DNA of 64,000 bases, taken from the NCBI GenBank assembly GCA_028865545.1, contig JAGWJY010000006.1, positions 31,932 to 95,931 of the forward strand, in the 5' to 3' direction. This DNA comes from Alphaproteobacteria bacterium. GTDB lineage: Bacteria; Pseudomonadota; Alphaproteobacteria; Micropepsales; Micropepsaceae. Of this stretch, positions 1-10,184 are shown piece by piece. The notes under the pieces are model-generated. The model had not been told where the DNA came from. It made no database searches and saw nothing but the letters and a program-made list of their open reading frames with translations. Every line of letters starts with the position of its first letter. The first letter of the stretch is position 1. The position numbers and the translations under genes were made by a program.

Positions 1-2052
1 GGTCTTGCCGAGCGCACTCGGCACGATGGAGAAGGTGTTGGAGATGCCGTCCTGAGCGGAATCATACGGCAGCTTGGCGACGGAGCTGAGCGACGCCAAG
101 GCGCCCTTCTTGTCGCGGCCGTGCATTGGATTGGCGCCTGGCGCAAACGGTTCGCCGGCCTTGCGCCCATCCGGCGTGTCGCCGGTTTTCTTGCCGTAGA
201 CGACGTTGGACGTAATCGTCAGGACGGACTGCGTGGCCACCGCATTGCGATAGGTGCGCTTGGTGCGAAGCTTCCGCATGAAGCGCTCCACCAACTCGAC
301 CGCAATCGAGTCGGCGCGATCATCGTTATTACCGTAGCAGGGAAATTCGCCTTCGATTTCGAATTTCGTGACAAGCCCGCGTTCATCGCGGATCGGACGC
401 ACCTTGGCATATTTGATCGCAGACAGCGAATCCGCCGCAATAGAGAGGCCGGCAATACCACATGCCATCGTGCGCAGGGTGTCGCGGTCGTGCAGCGCCA
501 TCTCGAGACGTTCGTAGCAGTACTTGTCATGCATGTAATGGATGATGTTGAGGGCATCCATATAGGTGCCTGCAAGCCAATCCATCATCGCATCAAGACG
601 CGACAGAACGTCCTCGTACTCAAGTACGTCACCGGTTACCGGCGCGAAGCGTGGGCCGATCTGTTCGCCTGTCTGTTCATCGCGACCACCATTGATCGCA
701 TAGAGCAGCGTCTTGGCGAGATTGGCGCGGGCGCCGAAGAACTGCATCTGCTTGCCGATTCGCATGGCGGAAACACAGCACGCGATGCCGTAATCGTCGC
801 CCCAGTACGGGCGCATCAGGTCGTCGTTCTCGTATTGTATCGAGCTGGTCTCGATCGACATCTGTGCGCAGTAACGCTTGAACGCCACCGGCAATTTCTC
901 CGACCACAATACGGTCAGGTTTGGCTCAGGCGCCGGACCGAGGTTGGACAGCGTATGCAAAAAGCGGAATGTGGTCCTGGTGACCAGCGGGCGCCCATCC
1001 ATGCTCATGCCGCCTAGAACTTCGGTCACCCAGGTGGGATCGCCGGAGAATAGCTCGTTGTATTCCGGGGTGCGCGCAAAGCGCACCATACGCAGCTTCA
1101 TCACCAGGTGGTCGACAATTTCCTGCGCTTCAGGTTCGCTGAGGACACCGGTCTTGAGATCGCGCTCGAAATAGACGTCGAGGAAGCTGGCGACGCGGCC
1201 GAGAGACATGGCGGCGCCGTTCTGCTCCTTCACCGCCCCAAGATAGGCGAAATAGGTCCACTGCACCGCTTCCCGCGCGTTCAACGCCGGGCGCGCGATA
1301 TCGAAGCCGTAGGACTTCGCCATCGCCTTGAGTTCCTTGAGGGCCTTAATCTGCTCGGCCAATTCCTCACGGAGGCGGATAGTTTCTTCGGTGATAACGG
1401 TATCGAGCTGATTGAATTGATCCTTGCGGTCGGCGATCAGTCTGTCGACGCCATAGAGCGCGACGCGGCGATAATCTCCGATGATCCTGCCGCGGCCGTA
1501 ACCGTCCGGCAGGCCGGTGATGATGCCAACCTTGCGTGCCTTGCGCACGGTATCCGTATAGACGTCGAACACGCCGTCATTGTGTGTCTTGCGGTAGCAC
1601 GTGAAGAAGTCATGTACCGGCTGGGAGACCCTGTAACCGTACGCCTCAACGGCATTCTCTGCGACGCGGATGCCGCCGAAAGGCATCAAGGCGCGCTTGA
1701 ACGGCTTCTCCGTCTGCAGGCCGACAATCTGCTCCAATTCCTGACTGATATAACCGGGCTTGTGCGAGACAATAGTGGAGACAATCTCCGTGTCCATGTC
1801 GAGTGTGCCGCCCTTAACGCGTTCCCGGTTCATCAGTTCCAGAACGAAATTCCACAATTGCTTTGTACGTTCGGTAGGCGCCGCCAGAAAGGATTCATCG
1901 TCGAAATACGGCGTCACATTGTGCTGGATAAAGTCCCTGACATTCACTTCCCGCTTCCAAACCGTGCCAAGAAAACCACCAGCTTCAGCGTTTTCGTTGA
2001 CGGAGAGATAACGAACGTCCTTGTCTGCAACAGCTGCGGCCACGCGATCCAT
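1..2052 (-). CDS. pflB: Pyruvate formate-lyase (formate C-acetyltransferase), 3' end truncated by window edge
   Basis: Absent from the ORF track because it has no stop in the window. Translated by hand from ATG 2052: [18 protein letters not shown] near the N-terminus, active-site [12 protein letters not shown] (~765-800), [22 protein letters not shown] and [11 protein letters not shown] near position 1. SD-like AAGGAG upstream. Confidence 0.95.
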   Translation of the reverse strand, partial: MDRVAAAVADKDVRYLSVNENAEAGGFLGTVWKREVNVRDFIQHNVTPYFDDESFLAAPTERTKQLWNFVLELMNRERVKGGTLDMDTEIVSTIVSHKPGYISQELEQIVGLQTEKPFKRALMPFGGIRVAENAVEAYGYRVSQPVHDFFTCYRKTHNDGVFDVYTDTVRKARKVGIITGLPDGYGRGRIIGDYRRVALYGVDRLIADRKDQFNQLDTVITEETIRLREELAEQIKALKELKAMAKSYGFDIARPALNAREAVQWTYFAYLGAVKEQNGAAMSLGRVASFLDVYFERDLKTGVLSEPEAQEIVDHLVMKLRMVRFARTPEYNELFSGDPTWVTEVLGGMSMDGRPLVTRTTFRFLHTLSNLGPAPEPNLTVLWSEKLPVAFKRYCAQMSIETSSIQYENDDLMRPYWGDDYGIACCVSAMRIGKQMQFFGARANLAKTLLYAINGGRDEQTGEQIGPRFAPVTGDVLEYEDVLSRLDAMMDWLAGTYMDALNIIHYMHDKYCYERLEMALHDRDTLRTMACGIAGLSIAADSLSAIKYAKVRPIRDERGLVTKFEIEGEFPCYGNNDDRADSIAVELVERFMRKLRTKRTYRNAVATQSVLTITSNVVYGKKTGDTPDGRKAGEPFAPGANPMHGRDKKGALASLSSVAKLPYDSAQDGISNTFSIVPSALGKT

Positions 2053-2174
2053 GATGTCACTCCTTGATGTCGGTCGCCGCACGCGGTTTAAGCGGCACGT
2101 CTGCTTCGGTGTTCACATCCGCGTTGTTCGTCTAGCAAATAGGCACGAAAAGAAAGCGCTTTTAGAGCGTCATT

Positions 2175-2188
2175 TTGATGCGTATTGA
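2175..2188. promoter_or_regulatory. Possible FNR/FixK-type box upstream of pflB
   Basis: TTGAT-gcgt-ATTGA, 8/10 match to TTGAT-N4-ATCAA, ~125 bp upstream of an anaerobic gene; a second 8/10 match lies at 2303-2316. Confidence 0.3.
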
Positions 2189-2492
2189 ACAACAAGATTT
2201 AGACATTTTTCTGCGTGGAACGTTTTGCCGTGACGAAACTACGCGGCTATAACCGGTCAATTACGATGACAAAAAATTTCAAGGCGAATGTCAGCGAAAA
2301 ATTTGATCCGAAACCAGACGATGTGCCTACTAAATGGGCGTTTAACGAGCCATTGAAGGCGGCGAAAACAAGGCCGTCTCGCGTTCGTTCCTTCAGACTC
2401 TTTCTGGAATTCGGGATCAGGTTCATTCTCTAGACGCGACACTGCGACGTACAATCACAATGCGTGCGTGCGGACGGGACGAAATCCGTCCG

Positions 2493-3236
2493 TCACAATC
2501 CTGCGAAACTCACCGCGAGATAAATCACTGCGGCGCCAACCAGGGTCATGGCGGTCGTCAGGAATTTGGGATGGGCGTGGTGGCTTTCCGGCACGAGATC
2601 GCTGGCGCCGATGTAAAGGAAGAAGCCCGCAAAGATCGCCAGCACCATGCCAAAGATGCTGTTCGGCAACGTGAAAAGAAATGTCGAAGCGATACCCAGC
2701 ACGGGCGCCATCGCATCAAGCAGGAGCCAGCGCAGACCGGTCGCCCGACTGCCACCGTTTTTGAGCACAAGGTTCATCGTGTTAACACCGTCGGAGAAGT
2801 CATGTGTCAGGACCGCGATCGCCACGACGGCACCGACCGCGGTCGAAACCTGAAATCCCAAACCGATCGCGGCACCGTCAATGAAACTGTGCAGCGAGAG
2901 GCTTCCGGCGCCAATCGATCCGCGCAACGCTACGTGCGCGTGATGATGCTCATGCTCATCATGAGCTGTTGCCTCGCCGTGCAGCAGCGCGAGCCTATCC
3001 AGCACAAGATAGATTAGAAAACCAAGCGCAACGCAGGCGAGAAGTGCGGGTAAGGAATAGTACCGGCCTCCTAGCGCCAAGGCTTCCGGGACCAGATCGA
3101 AGAAGGCCACACCGACAACGGCGCCCGCGCTGAAGCCAAGGATGAGGTGCAGCTTGTCACGAAAACGCAGAGCGACAAGTCCGCCCGCCATGGTGGCGCA
3201 AAAGGCTCCCAGCGCGATTGCGGGAATGATCATCAA
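2493..3236 (-). CDS. ZIP family divalent metal transporter (ZupT-like)
   Basis: Multiple TM helices, His-rich loop HDEHEHHHAH, LSLHSFIDGAAIG and AVLTHDFSDG motifs, LYIGASDLVPE. Confidence 0.9.
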   Translation of the reverse strand: MMIIPAIALGAFCATMAGGLVALRFRDKLHLILGFSAGAVVGVAFFDLVPEALALGGRYYSLPALLACVALGFLIYLVLDRLALLHGEATAHDEHEHHHAHVALRGSIGAGSLSLHSFIDGAAIGLGFQVSTAVGAVVAIAVLTHDFSDGVNTMNLVLKNGGSRATGLRWLLLDAMAPVLGIASTFLFTLPNSIFGMVLAIFAGFFLYIGASDLVPESHHAHPKFLTTAMTLVGAAVIYLAVSFAGL

Positions 3237-3378
3237 AAACCCCGAACGGCGTGATTACGGCGGAGAGGAAGGTACCCAGTCCCGGCAACTCCGGCCGCAC
3301 ATTAATCGCTTCCCGTGCAGCGTATCAAATGAAAGCGGTCGTTAAAGCTGCAACGTCCGGGGCAAATTTCAGGCGCAC

Positions 3379-3713
3379 CTAATAGTCTGGGAAACTTTGG
3401 CTCATACGGCCTAACGGCCCCGTAGTATAGGACTCGCCCTGCGTCGTGCCTTTCACAGTCTCCCTCGCCCCAGATGCGTCTGCAGCACGTCATCGGTCTG
3501 CCACATCATGGTGTGCGTCATGATCAGAAACTCCTTGTCGTCGAAGGTCTGTAGGAATTAGCCAGGCCCCTTCGCACGCGTGTCAACGGCCTGTAGTTTC
3601 GCATATCGGAAACCGTCGGCGTTCTGCGATGCCGTGTCCGCGGCAAGCACCGGAACCGATACCGCCAAGCCGGACGCCAGCACGGCGCAGACGACGACAA
3701 ATCGCATTCGCAT
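3379..3713 (-). pseudogene. Short or decayed gene for a secreted protein (signal peptide, stop after 51 codons)
   Basis: MRMRFVVVCAVLASGLAVSVPVLA-ADTASQNADGFRYAKLQAVDTRAKGPG* (3713-3558); coding-like sequence continues after the TAA (FLQTFDDKEFLIMTHTMMWQTDD). Confidence 0.4.
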
Positions 3714-3800
3714 TCCCCAAAGAACGTCATAAACAACTGAAGTATATTACTTTTTAGTTGGTGCAACAGTCTCCACGCCGCCGTTGGCGTGTCATACCAG

Positions 3801-3824
3801 ATAAAGACATGCAGATTTCTTTAT
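3801..3824. promoter_or_regulatory. Inverted repeat upstream of ahcY, candidate SahR-type operator
   Basis: ATAAAGA (3801-3807) and TCTTTAT (3818-3824) arms; nested ATGCAG-N4-CTTTAT, 65 bp before the ahcY start. Confidence 0.4.
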
Positions 3825-3888
3825 ATGTTTCTTGCCCCATCTCAGAGCCGCTGCTATATCCGGCTCGCTTCCAGAAAGGGATTTCACA

Positions 3889-5292
3889 ATGGCCGCCGCC
3901 CACGATTACGTCGTCAAGGACATCGCCCTCGCCGATTGGGGCCGCAAGGAACTCGACATCGCCGAGACCGAGATGCCCGGCCTGATGGCCACGCGTGCGG
4001 AATACGGCCCGAAGCAGCCGCTCAAGGGCGCCCGCGTCGCCGGTTCTCTCCACATGACCATCCAGACCGCCGTGCTGATCGAAACGCTGAAGGCCCTTGG
4101 TGCCGACGTCCGCTGGGCATCATGCAACATCTACTCGACCCAGGATCACGCCGCGGCAGCAATCGCGGCAGCCGGCACACCGGTGTTTGCCGTCAAGGGT
4201 GAGAGCCTGACTGATTACTGGGATTACACACATCGCATCTTCGAGTGGGCCGATGGCGGTACACCGAACATGATCCTCGACGACGGCGGCGACGCCACTC
4301 TGCTCATCCATCTTGGTCTGCGCGCCGAGCAAGGTGACACAGCCTTCCTCGACAAAGCTTCTAACGAGGAAGAAGAAGTCCTGTTTGCCGCCATCAAGCA
4401 GCGCCTCAAAAGTATGCCGGGCTGGTATGGCCAGATCGCAAAGAACATCCGCGGCGTGACCGAAGAAACCACGACCGGTGTTCATCGCCTCTATTTGATG
4501 GAGAAGGACGGCAAGCTTCTGTTCCCGGCGATCAACGTCAACGACAGCGTTACGAAGTCGAAATTCGACAACCTTTACGGCTGCCGCGAGTCGCTGGTCG
4601 ACGGCATCCGCCGCGGTACCGACGTGATGATGGCCGGCAAAGTGGCCATGGTCGCGGGCTTCGGCGATGTCGGCAAGGGCTCCGCTGCGTCGCTGCGTCA
4701 AGCCGGCTGCCGCGTGCTGGTCAGCGAGATTGATCCGATCTGCGCGCTGCAGGCCGCCATGGAAGGCTACGAAGTCACGACGATGGAAGACGCCGCGCCG
4801 CGTGCCGATATCTTCGTCACCGCGACCGGGAATGTCGACGTCATAACGATCGACCACATGCGGGCAATGAAGGACCGCGCCATCGTCTGCAATATCGGAC
4901 ATTTCGATTCCGAAATTCAGGTCGCCTCGCTGCGGAACTACAAGTGGCACAACGTCAAGCCGCAGGTCGACGAAATAGAGTTTCCTGAGGGCAAGCGCAT
5001 CATCCTTCTGTCCGAAGGCCGGCTGGTGAACCTGGGCAACGCCATGGGCCACCCTAGCTTCGTGATGTCCGCGAGCTTCACCAACCAGACCCTGGCGCAG
5101 ATCGAGTTGTTCTGTAATCCCGGTAAGTACCAGAAGAAGGTTTACACCCTGCCCAAACTGCTCGACGAAAAGGTGGCGCGCCTGCATCTGGAGAAGATCG
5201 GCGTTAAGTTGACGAAGCTAACAGACCAGCAGTCCAGCTATATCAGTGTGCCGCAGGTTGGCCCCTTTAAGCCGGACCACTACCGCTACTAG
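3889..5292 (+). CDS. ahcY: Adenosylhomocysteinase
   Basis: [73 protein letters not shown]; ATG 3889 after AAAGGG. Confidence 0.97.
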   Translation: MAAAHDYVVKDIALADWGRKELDIAETEMPGLMATRAEYGPKQPLKGARVAGSLHMTIQTAVLIETLKALGADVRWASCNIYSTQDHAAAAIAAAGTPVFAVKGESLTDYWDYTHRIFEWADGGTPNMILDDGGDATLLIHLGLRAEQGDTAFLDKASNEEEEVLFAAIKQRLKSMPGWYGQIAKNIRGVTEETTTGVHRLYLMEKDGKLLFPAINVNDSVTKSKFDNLYGCRESLVDGIRRGTDVMMAGKVAMVAGFGDVGKGSAASLRQAGCRVLVSEIDPICALQAAMEGYEVTTMEDAAPRADIFVTATGNVDVITIDHMRAMKDRAIVCNIGHFDSEIQVASLRNYKWHNVKPQVDEIEFPEGKRIILLSEGRLVNLGNAMGHPSFVMSASFTNQTLAQIELFCNPGKYQKKVYTLPKLLDEKVARLHLEKIGVKLTKLTDQQSSYISVPQVGPFKPDHYRY

Positions 5293-5412
5293 GCAATGCC
5301 GCCGATTTTCGGAGAATCGGCGACCTTCCGTACTCGGAATTCTTAGGCGCCTGATTTGACTCGGAAATTAACCTTTGCCGCTATTCGTGGCAGCCTTCGC
5401 TAGATTTGGTCT

Positions 5413-5428
5413 TTTACACTTTTTTAAC
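5413..5428 (+). promoter_or_regulatory. Candidate CtrA box upstream of divL
   Basis: TTTA-cactttt-TTAAC, one mismatch to TTAA-N7-TTAAC. Confidence 0.4.
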
Positions 5429-5516
5429 CACATTCTATTGCGTGAACCGTTAACGCCCGTATCATCTTGATTCCACAGTGATTCGCCGCATGGGGCGGGA
5501 ATCGGGGGAAGCCGGG

Positions 5517-7931
5517 ATGAGTCCCAGAATGGGACATAACAAAAACCCGGGCGCCGGGGTCGCAAGCGGAAGACGGCGTGGCCAGGGTGCCACGCTGGCA
5601 GCTTTGGTCATGGCGGCCCAACCTGCCTTGGCAGCGGCTCCCGTTCTCGGCGAGCGGGATATGGTGTTGGTTGCGATCGCCACAGGCGCGGTCGCGCTGG
5701 CGGTTGCTGCCGGCCTTTGGGCACTTGCCGAGCAGAGCGTATCGAGCCGCCTGCGCCGCACCCTCAGAATTTCGGGAGCGCGCACACGGGCGGCGGTCAG
5801 CGAACGCGACGCGTTGCTCGGCGCCGCCCGCGAAGCGCTGGTTGTCTGGGGCCGCGATGGCGCTGGTCCATATTCTTACGGTGGTGCAGAAGCTCTGCTG
5901 GATGCCTGCTTGCAGGGCCCGGATGCCACCGAATTGTCCAAAGCCCTCGATGATCTCAGCGAACGCGGCGCAGCGTTCGCGCTGAGTGTTCAGGATTCTC
6001 TCGAGCGGAAGGTCAGCGTCCGCGGCCGCGCGGTCGGCGGCATGGCAGCGGTCTGGCTCGCGCCGGAAACTGTGGCTGCCGCAGCGCCGACGGATTTCCG
6101 TGCGATCCTTGACGCCCTGCCTGTTCCGGTATGGCTGCGCGACCGCACATTGTCGCTAATCTGGGGCAACCATGCCTTCCTCGCCGCGGCGGGCGCCACA
6201 GAAATCGACGCGGCAGTCCGCGAGCAGGTGGCGCTCGAAAAGACGGAACGCGATCTGGCGGCCAGCGCACGATCGCAAGGTCAGGCGATGGAAGCCAAGC
6301 GATTTTCCGTGGTCGCCGGCCAACGCCGCGCTCTGGCTTTCACCGAGATCCCTATCGAGACCGGGGTTGTCGGCACCGCCCATGATGTGACTGAAGTAGC
6401 GGCAATCGAAGCGCGCCTGCAACAACACATCGACGCACACACCGACACGCTGGATAAGCTGGCGACAGCAGTTGCCATCTTCGACCGCGACCAGAAACTG
6501 ACCTTCTACAACCGCGCTTTCGCCCGCCTCTGGAACCTGCCGGAACAATGGCTGGACACGCATCCCAACGACGGCGACGTCCTGGATCGTCTGCGCGAGG
6601 CGCGCAAGCTACCGGAACAGCGCGACTATCAGGGATGGAAGCGCGGGCGGCTGTCGCTGTACCAGACGGCGCGCGACTACCCGTCCGAAGACCTGTGGCA
6701 TGTGCCGGGCGGCAAGACGATGCGGGTCGTCGCGCAACCTCATCCCTTCGGCGGTCTGACGTTCCTCTATGAGGATGTTACCGAACGTATCACGTTGGAG
6801 AGTTCCTACAACACACTGATCAAGGTGCAATCGGCAACGCTCGACACGCTGCAGGAAGGCGTCGCGGTGTTCGGGCCCGACGGCAAGCTCAAACTCCACA
6901 ACGCGGCGTTCGGAAAAATCTGGGGCCTGAGCGCAAAGGACCTGGCTGGTGAGCCGCATGTGCGGGCCATCGCTGCCGCTTGCGCAGACAAATTCGGCGA
7001 CACCGGCGTCTGGGATCGATTGATCCAAAACATTGTCTCCGGGGCAAACCTGCAGCGCGATCTGGGCGAGATCGAGCGCAACGACCGCACGATCCTGTCG
7101 CTTGGTCTCTCGCCGCTGCCGGACGGTGCCACACTGGTGACGTTTGCCGACGTAACAGATCGCTTCCGCATCGAGGGCGTGCTGCGGGAGCGCGCCGAAG
7201 CGCTGGAAGCCGCCGACCGATTGAAGTCCGACTTCATCAAACATGTATCGTATGAGCTGCGTACACCGCTGAATACAATTTTGGGCTTCGCCGAGCATCT
7301 ATCGACGGAGGTTCCTGGTCCGCTCAATGAGCGGCAGGGCGAATATGTCCAGGCGATCGTCTCCGGATCCAACACCCTGAAAAGCCTAGTCAACGATATC
7401 CTGGATCTGGCGTTGATCGAGTCTGGTGCCCTCAGACTCGAGCTCGAGCGTATTGATTTGTATACGCTGCTCAACGAAGTGGCGGCCCATGCACGCGACT
7501 GGGCGTCAAAAGTCGACCTCAGCTTGGAAGTGGACTGTTCGCAAGATGCCGGACAGTTCCTGGCCGACGAGCGCCGCATCCGGCAGGTCGTGTTCAATCT
7601 CCTGTCCAACGCGTTCAAGTTCACGCCTAAGGGCGGGATCATCGTGCTCGGCGGCCGTATCGACGGCGAAGACGTGCAGGTCTTTGTACGGGACAACGGA
7701 CCTGGCATCGCGCCGGAAGTGCGCGCCAATGTCTTCGAACGCTTCTCCGCGAAGGGCAATGCCGGTCAGCGTGGCGGCGCAGGGCTCGGCTTGGCTCTGG
7801 TCAACCGCTTCGTAGAACTGCATGACGGCTGGGTCGAAATCGAAAGCGACAACGGCACATTGGTGCGTTGTCATCTGCCGCGGCGGATTCACGACACGCC
7901 GACGCCTGGGGAAGAACGCAAAACTGCTTAA
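5517..7931 (+). CDS. divL: DivL-type PAS-domain histidine kinase homolog (Tyr at the H-box)
   Basis: N-terminal TM, PAS-like repeats, HisKA KHVSYELRTPL (Y instead of H), NLLSNAFKFT, DNGPGI, GAGLGL; conserved position after ahcY. Start uncertain (5478/5517/5529). Confidence 0.85.
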   Translation: MSPRMGHNKNPGAGVASGRRRGQGATLAALVMAAQPALAAAPVLGERDMVLVAIATGAVALAVAAGLWALAEQSVSSRLRRTLRISGARTRAAVSERDALLGAAREALVVWGRDGAGPYSYGGAEALLDACLQGPDATELSKALDDLSERGAAFALSVQDSLERKVSVRGRAVGGMAAVWLAPETVAAAAPTDFRAILDALPVPVWLRDRTLSLIWGNHAFLAAAGATEIDAAVREQVALEKTERDLAASARSQGQAMEAKRFSVVAGQRRALAFTEIPIETGVVGTAHDVTEVAAIEARLQQHIDAHTDTLDKLATAVAIFDRDQKLTFYNRAFARLWNLPEQWLDTHPNDGDVLDRLREARKLPEQRDYQGWKRGRLSLYQTARDYPSEDLWHVPGGKTMRVVAQPHPFGGLTFLYEDVTERITLESSYNTLIKVQSATLDTLQEGVAVFGPDGKLKLHNAAFGKIWGLSAKDLAGEPHVRAIAAACADKFGDTGVWDRLIQNIVSGANLQRDLGEIERNDRTILSLGLSPLPDGATLVTFADVTDRFRIEGVLRERAEALEAADRLKSDFIKHVSYELRTPLNTILGFAEHLSTEVPGPLNERQGEYVQAIVSGSNTLKSLVNDILDLALIESGALRLELERIDLYTLLNEVAAHARDWASKVDLSLEVDCSQDAGQFLADERRIRQVVFNLLSNAFKFTPKGGIIVLGGRIDGEDVQVFVRDNGPGIAPEVRANVFERFSAKGNAGQRGGAGLGLALVNRFVELHDGWVEIESDNGTLVRCHLPRRIHDTPTPGEERKTA

Positions 7932-8048
7932 TTGACGGGTTTACGACTGATAGGGCACAGCCTGCCTGACGGCACTCAGACACCTTCAGCGCACCGGCAC
8001 GACGGACCTCCGATGCGTTGTTTTGTGTCAGCCAGTAAAGACGGCGAT

Positions 8049-8369
8049 TCAGTGCTGGGTCTTTGGTGTGCGCACAACGAGGCCGTCCAATTCTGGCGTC
8101 ACAGTGATCTGACAGGACAATCGGCTGTTAGGCTGAACGTCCGGCGCGAAGTCCAGCATGGTTTCTTCCATATCCTGCTTAGGCGGTAGCTTTTCCAGCC
8201 ACGCCGGATCGACATAAACGTGGCAGGTCGCACAGGCGCAGGCGCCGCCGCAGTCGGCGTCAATGCCAGGGATGAGATTCTTCACCGCACCTTCCATCAC
8301 CGACCATCCAGTGGGAACGTCGGCTTCGCGTTCCGTGCCTTTCTCGTCGATATACTTGATCTTCGGCAT
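8049..8369 (-). CDS. 2Fe-2S ferredoxin (adrenodoxin/putidaredoxin type)
   Basis: [15 protein letters not shown] and SRLSCQI cysteine pattern. Confidence 0.93.
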   Translation of the reverse strand: MPKIKYIDEKGTEREADVPTGWSVMEGAVKNLIPGIDADCGGACACATCHVYVDPAWLEKLPPKQDMEETMLDFAPDVQPNSRLSCQITVTPELDGLVVRTPKTQH

Positions 8370-8377
8370 GGAATTCC

Positions 8378-9586
8378 TCAGGCAATACTTTTCATGGGGA
8401 TAGATACGTCCGCAAGGCGCTCTGGCGCGACGCGCGCACCGGCGACAATCAACTTACGGCCGACAAGATATTCCGACGCTGCGTTTACGGCTTCAACGGC
8501 GACAACTGCGGCGTCACGCAGATGGAATACGGCAAACTTTCGTGTCCCAGGATCGCCGCGAACGACAATCTGGTCGCTGGAACGCGCCAGCCCCGCGATC
8601 TGCAGCTTCAGATCATACTGGTCGGACCAGAACCATGGAACCTCACTGTAGATTTTAGGCTTGCCCAGCATGGCATAAGCCGCGTGCTTGGCCTGGTCGA
8701 TGGCATTTTGAACGCTTTCCAGCCGTAACGGTACGCCCTCACGTCCCACGTGCCACGTACAGTCGCCAGCGGCGAAGATCGCAGGGTCGGCCGTGGCGCA
8801 GTTCTGGTCTACGACGATCCCGTCTTCGCAGGCAAGATCCGCATCTTTTGCCAGATCCATGTTCGGCACGACCCCAATACCCACAAGTGCGATATCGGCC
8901 GGATAGGCCGCCCCGCTGGCACGTACGGCTTCCAGGTGACTAGCGCCTTCGAACGCTTCGACGCCAGTGTTGAGCATCAGCTTGACGCCCGCAGTGCGAT
9001 GCGCCTGCTCGAAAAAATCCGATACAGGTTTGGATACGGCACGTGCCATTACGCGATCCATGGCTTCGAAGACCATTACATCGAGGCCATGTTTTGCGGC
9101 CACGGCCGCCACTTCGAGCCCGATATAGCCGCCGCCGACAATCGCAAGCCGCTTACCCGGCTGGAAGACGGCGTGCAGCCCATCGACGTCCTCGATGCTG
9201 CGCAGATAGTGGATGCCAGCCAGATCGGCGCCAGGGCATTTGATCCGGCGGACCCGCGTCCCGGTTGCCAGCAGCAGCATGTCATAGGACAGCGTACGGC
9301 CATCCGTGAGCGCCACGGTCCTGGCCTTGCGGTCAATGACGCGAACAGACACGCCCAAAATCAACTCGCAGTTTGCCTCACGATAAAAAGTTTCAGGCTT
9401 AAGGAACAAACGGGCCCTTTCGAGGGTACCCATCAGATATGCCTTCGATAACGGCGGGCGCTGATAGGGGGCAAATGGCTCGTCGCCGATCATGGCGATG
9501 GCTCCGGCGAAGCCCTCCGCGCGAAGAGACGTAACGGCCTGAGCACCAGCTTGCCCAGCGCCTATAATGACAATTCTCTGTGACAT
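8378..9586 (-). CDS. Ferredoxin reductase (FAD/NADH, putidaredoxin-reductase type)
   Basis: [42 protein letters not shown]; start placed at MSQRIVII (9586). Confidence 0.92.
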   Translation of the reverse strand: MSQRIVIIGAGQAGAQAVTSLRAEGFAGAIAMIGDEPFAPYQRPPLSKAYLMGTLERARLFLKPETFYREANCELILGVSVRVIDRKARTVALTDGRTLSYDMLLLATGTRVRRIKCPGADLAGIHYLRSIEDVDGLHAVFQPGKRLAIVGGGYIGLEVAAVAAKHGLDVMVFEAMDRVMARAVSKPVSDFFEQAHRTAGVKLMLNTGVEAFEGASHLEAVRASGAAYPADIALVGIGVVPNMDLAKDADLACEDGIVVDQNCATADPAIFAAGDCTWHVGREGVPLRLESVQNAIDQAKHAAYAMLGKPKIYSEVPWFWSDQYDLKLQIAGLARSSDQIVVRGDPGTRKFAVFHLRDAAVVAVEAVNAASEYLVGRKLIVAGARVAPERLADVSIPMKSIA

Positions 9587-9701
9587 GATGGTCCGAAACA
9601 GCATTTCCAGAAGTGGGGCTAACATGTCCGACCGCCTCCATGGAATCAACCATTTGGAAGGCGCGTTGAGGCTGCCGCTGCGCCACGCTACAAGAGACCC
9701 A

Positions 9702-10184
9702 ATGACGACGGATTCACAGAGCTTTACCAGACGAATCGCCCTCGCCGACCCGACGGCCACGATGGCGCTAGGTACGATGATCGCGACGCGGTTGCAGGTT
9801 GGCGACACAGTCGCTCTCAAAGGCGATCTGGGCGCCGGCAAGACCACGCTGGCCCGTGCAATCCTGCGGACGCTTGCCGTAACGGAAAACGTCCCGAGCC
9901 CGACCTTTACGCTCGTCCAAACTTACGAAACGCCCGGATTACCAATACGCCACTACGATCTTTATCGCGTCGAGAATCCGCGTGAAATCGACGAACTTGG
10001 GCTCGATGAGGCGCTGGAGGAAGGCGCGGTACTGATCGAATGGCCCGAGCATGCCGGCAACCACATTCCAGACGACGCGCTTCAAATCACGCTGATCACG
10101 ACCGGCGCGCAATCACGGCTTGCGGACATCACCGGCCCCGCTCGCTGGGCATCTATATTTAGGGAAGACGCTCATGCCCGCTAA
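9702..10184 (+). CDS. tsaE: tRNA t6A biosynthesis ATPase
   Basis: GDLGAGKTT, VPSPTFTLVQTY, HYDLYR, IEWPE. Confidence 0.93.
   Translation: MTTDSQSFTRRIALADPTATMALGTMIATRLQVGDTVALKGDLGAGKTTLARAILRTLAVTENVPSPTFTLVQTYETPGLPIRHYDLYRVENPREIDELGLDEALEEGAVLIEWPEHAGNHIPDDALQITLITTGAQSRLADITGPARWASIFREDAHAR

Noticed and set aside
121-2067. Plus-strand ORFs of 298 and 319 aa
   Set aside because: Antisense shadows of pflB, which the track omits because it lacks a stop in the window.
5301-5321. Hairpin GCCGATT..AATCGGC after ahcY as a terminator
   Set aside because: No U-tract follows, so it is not supportable as an intrinsic terminator.
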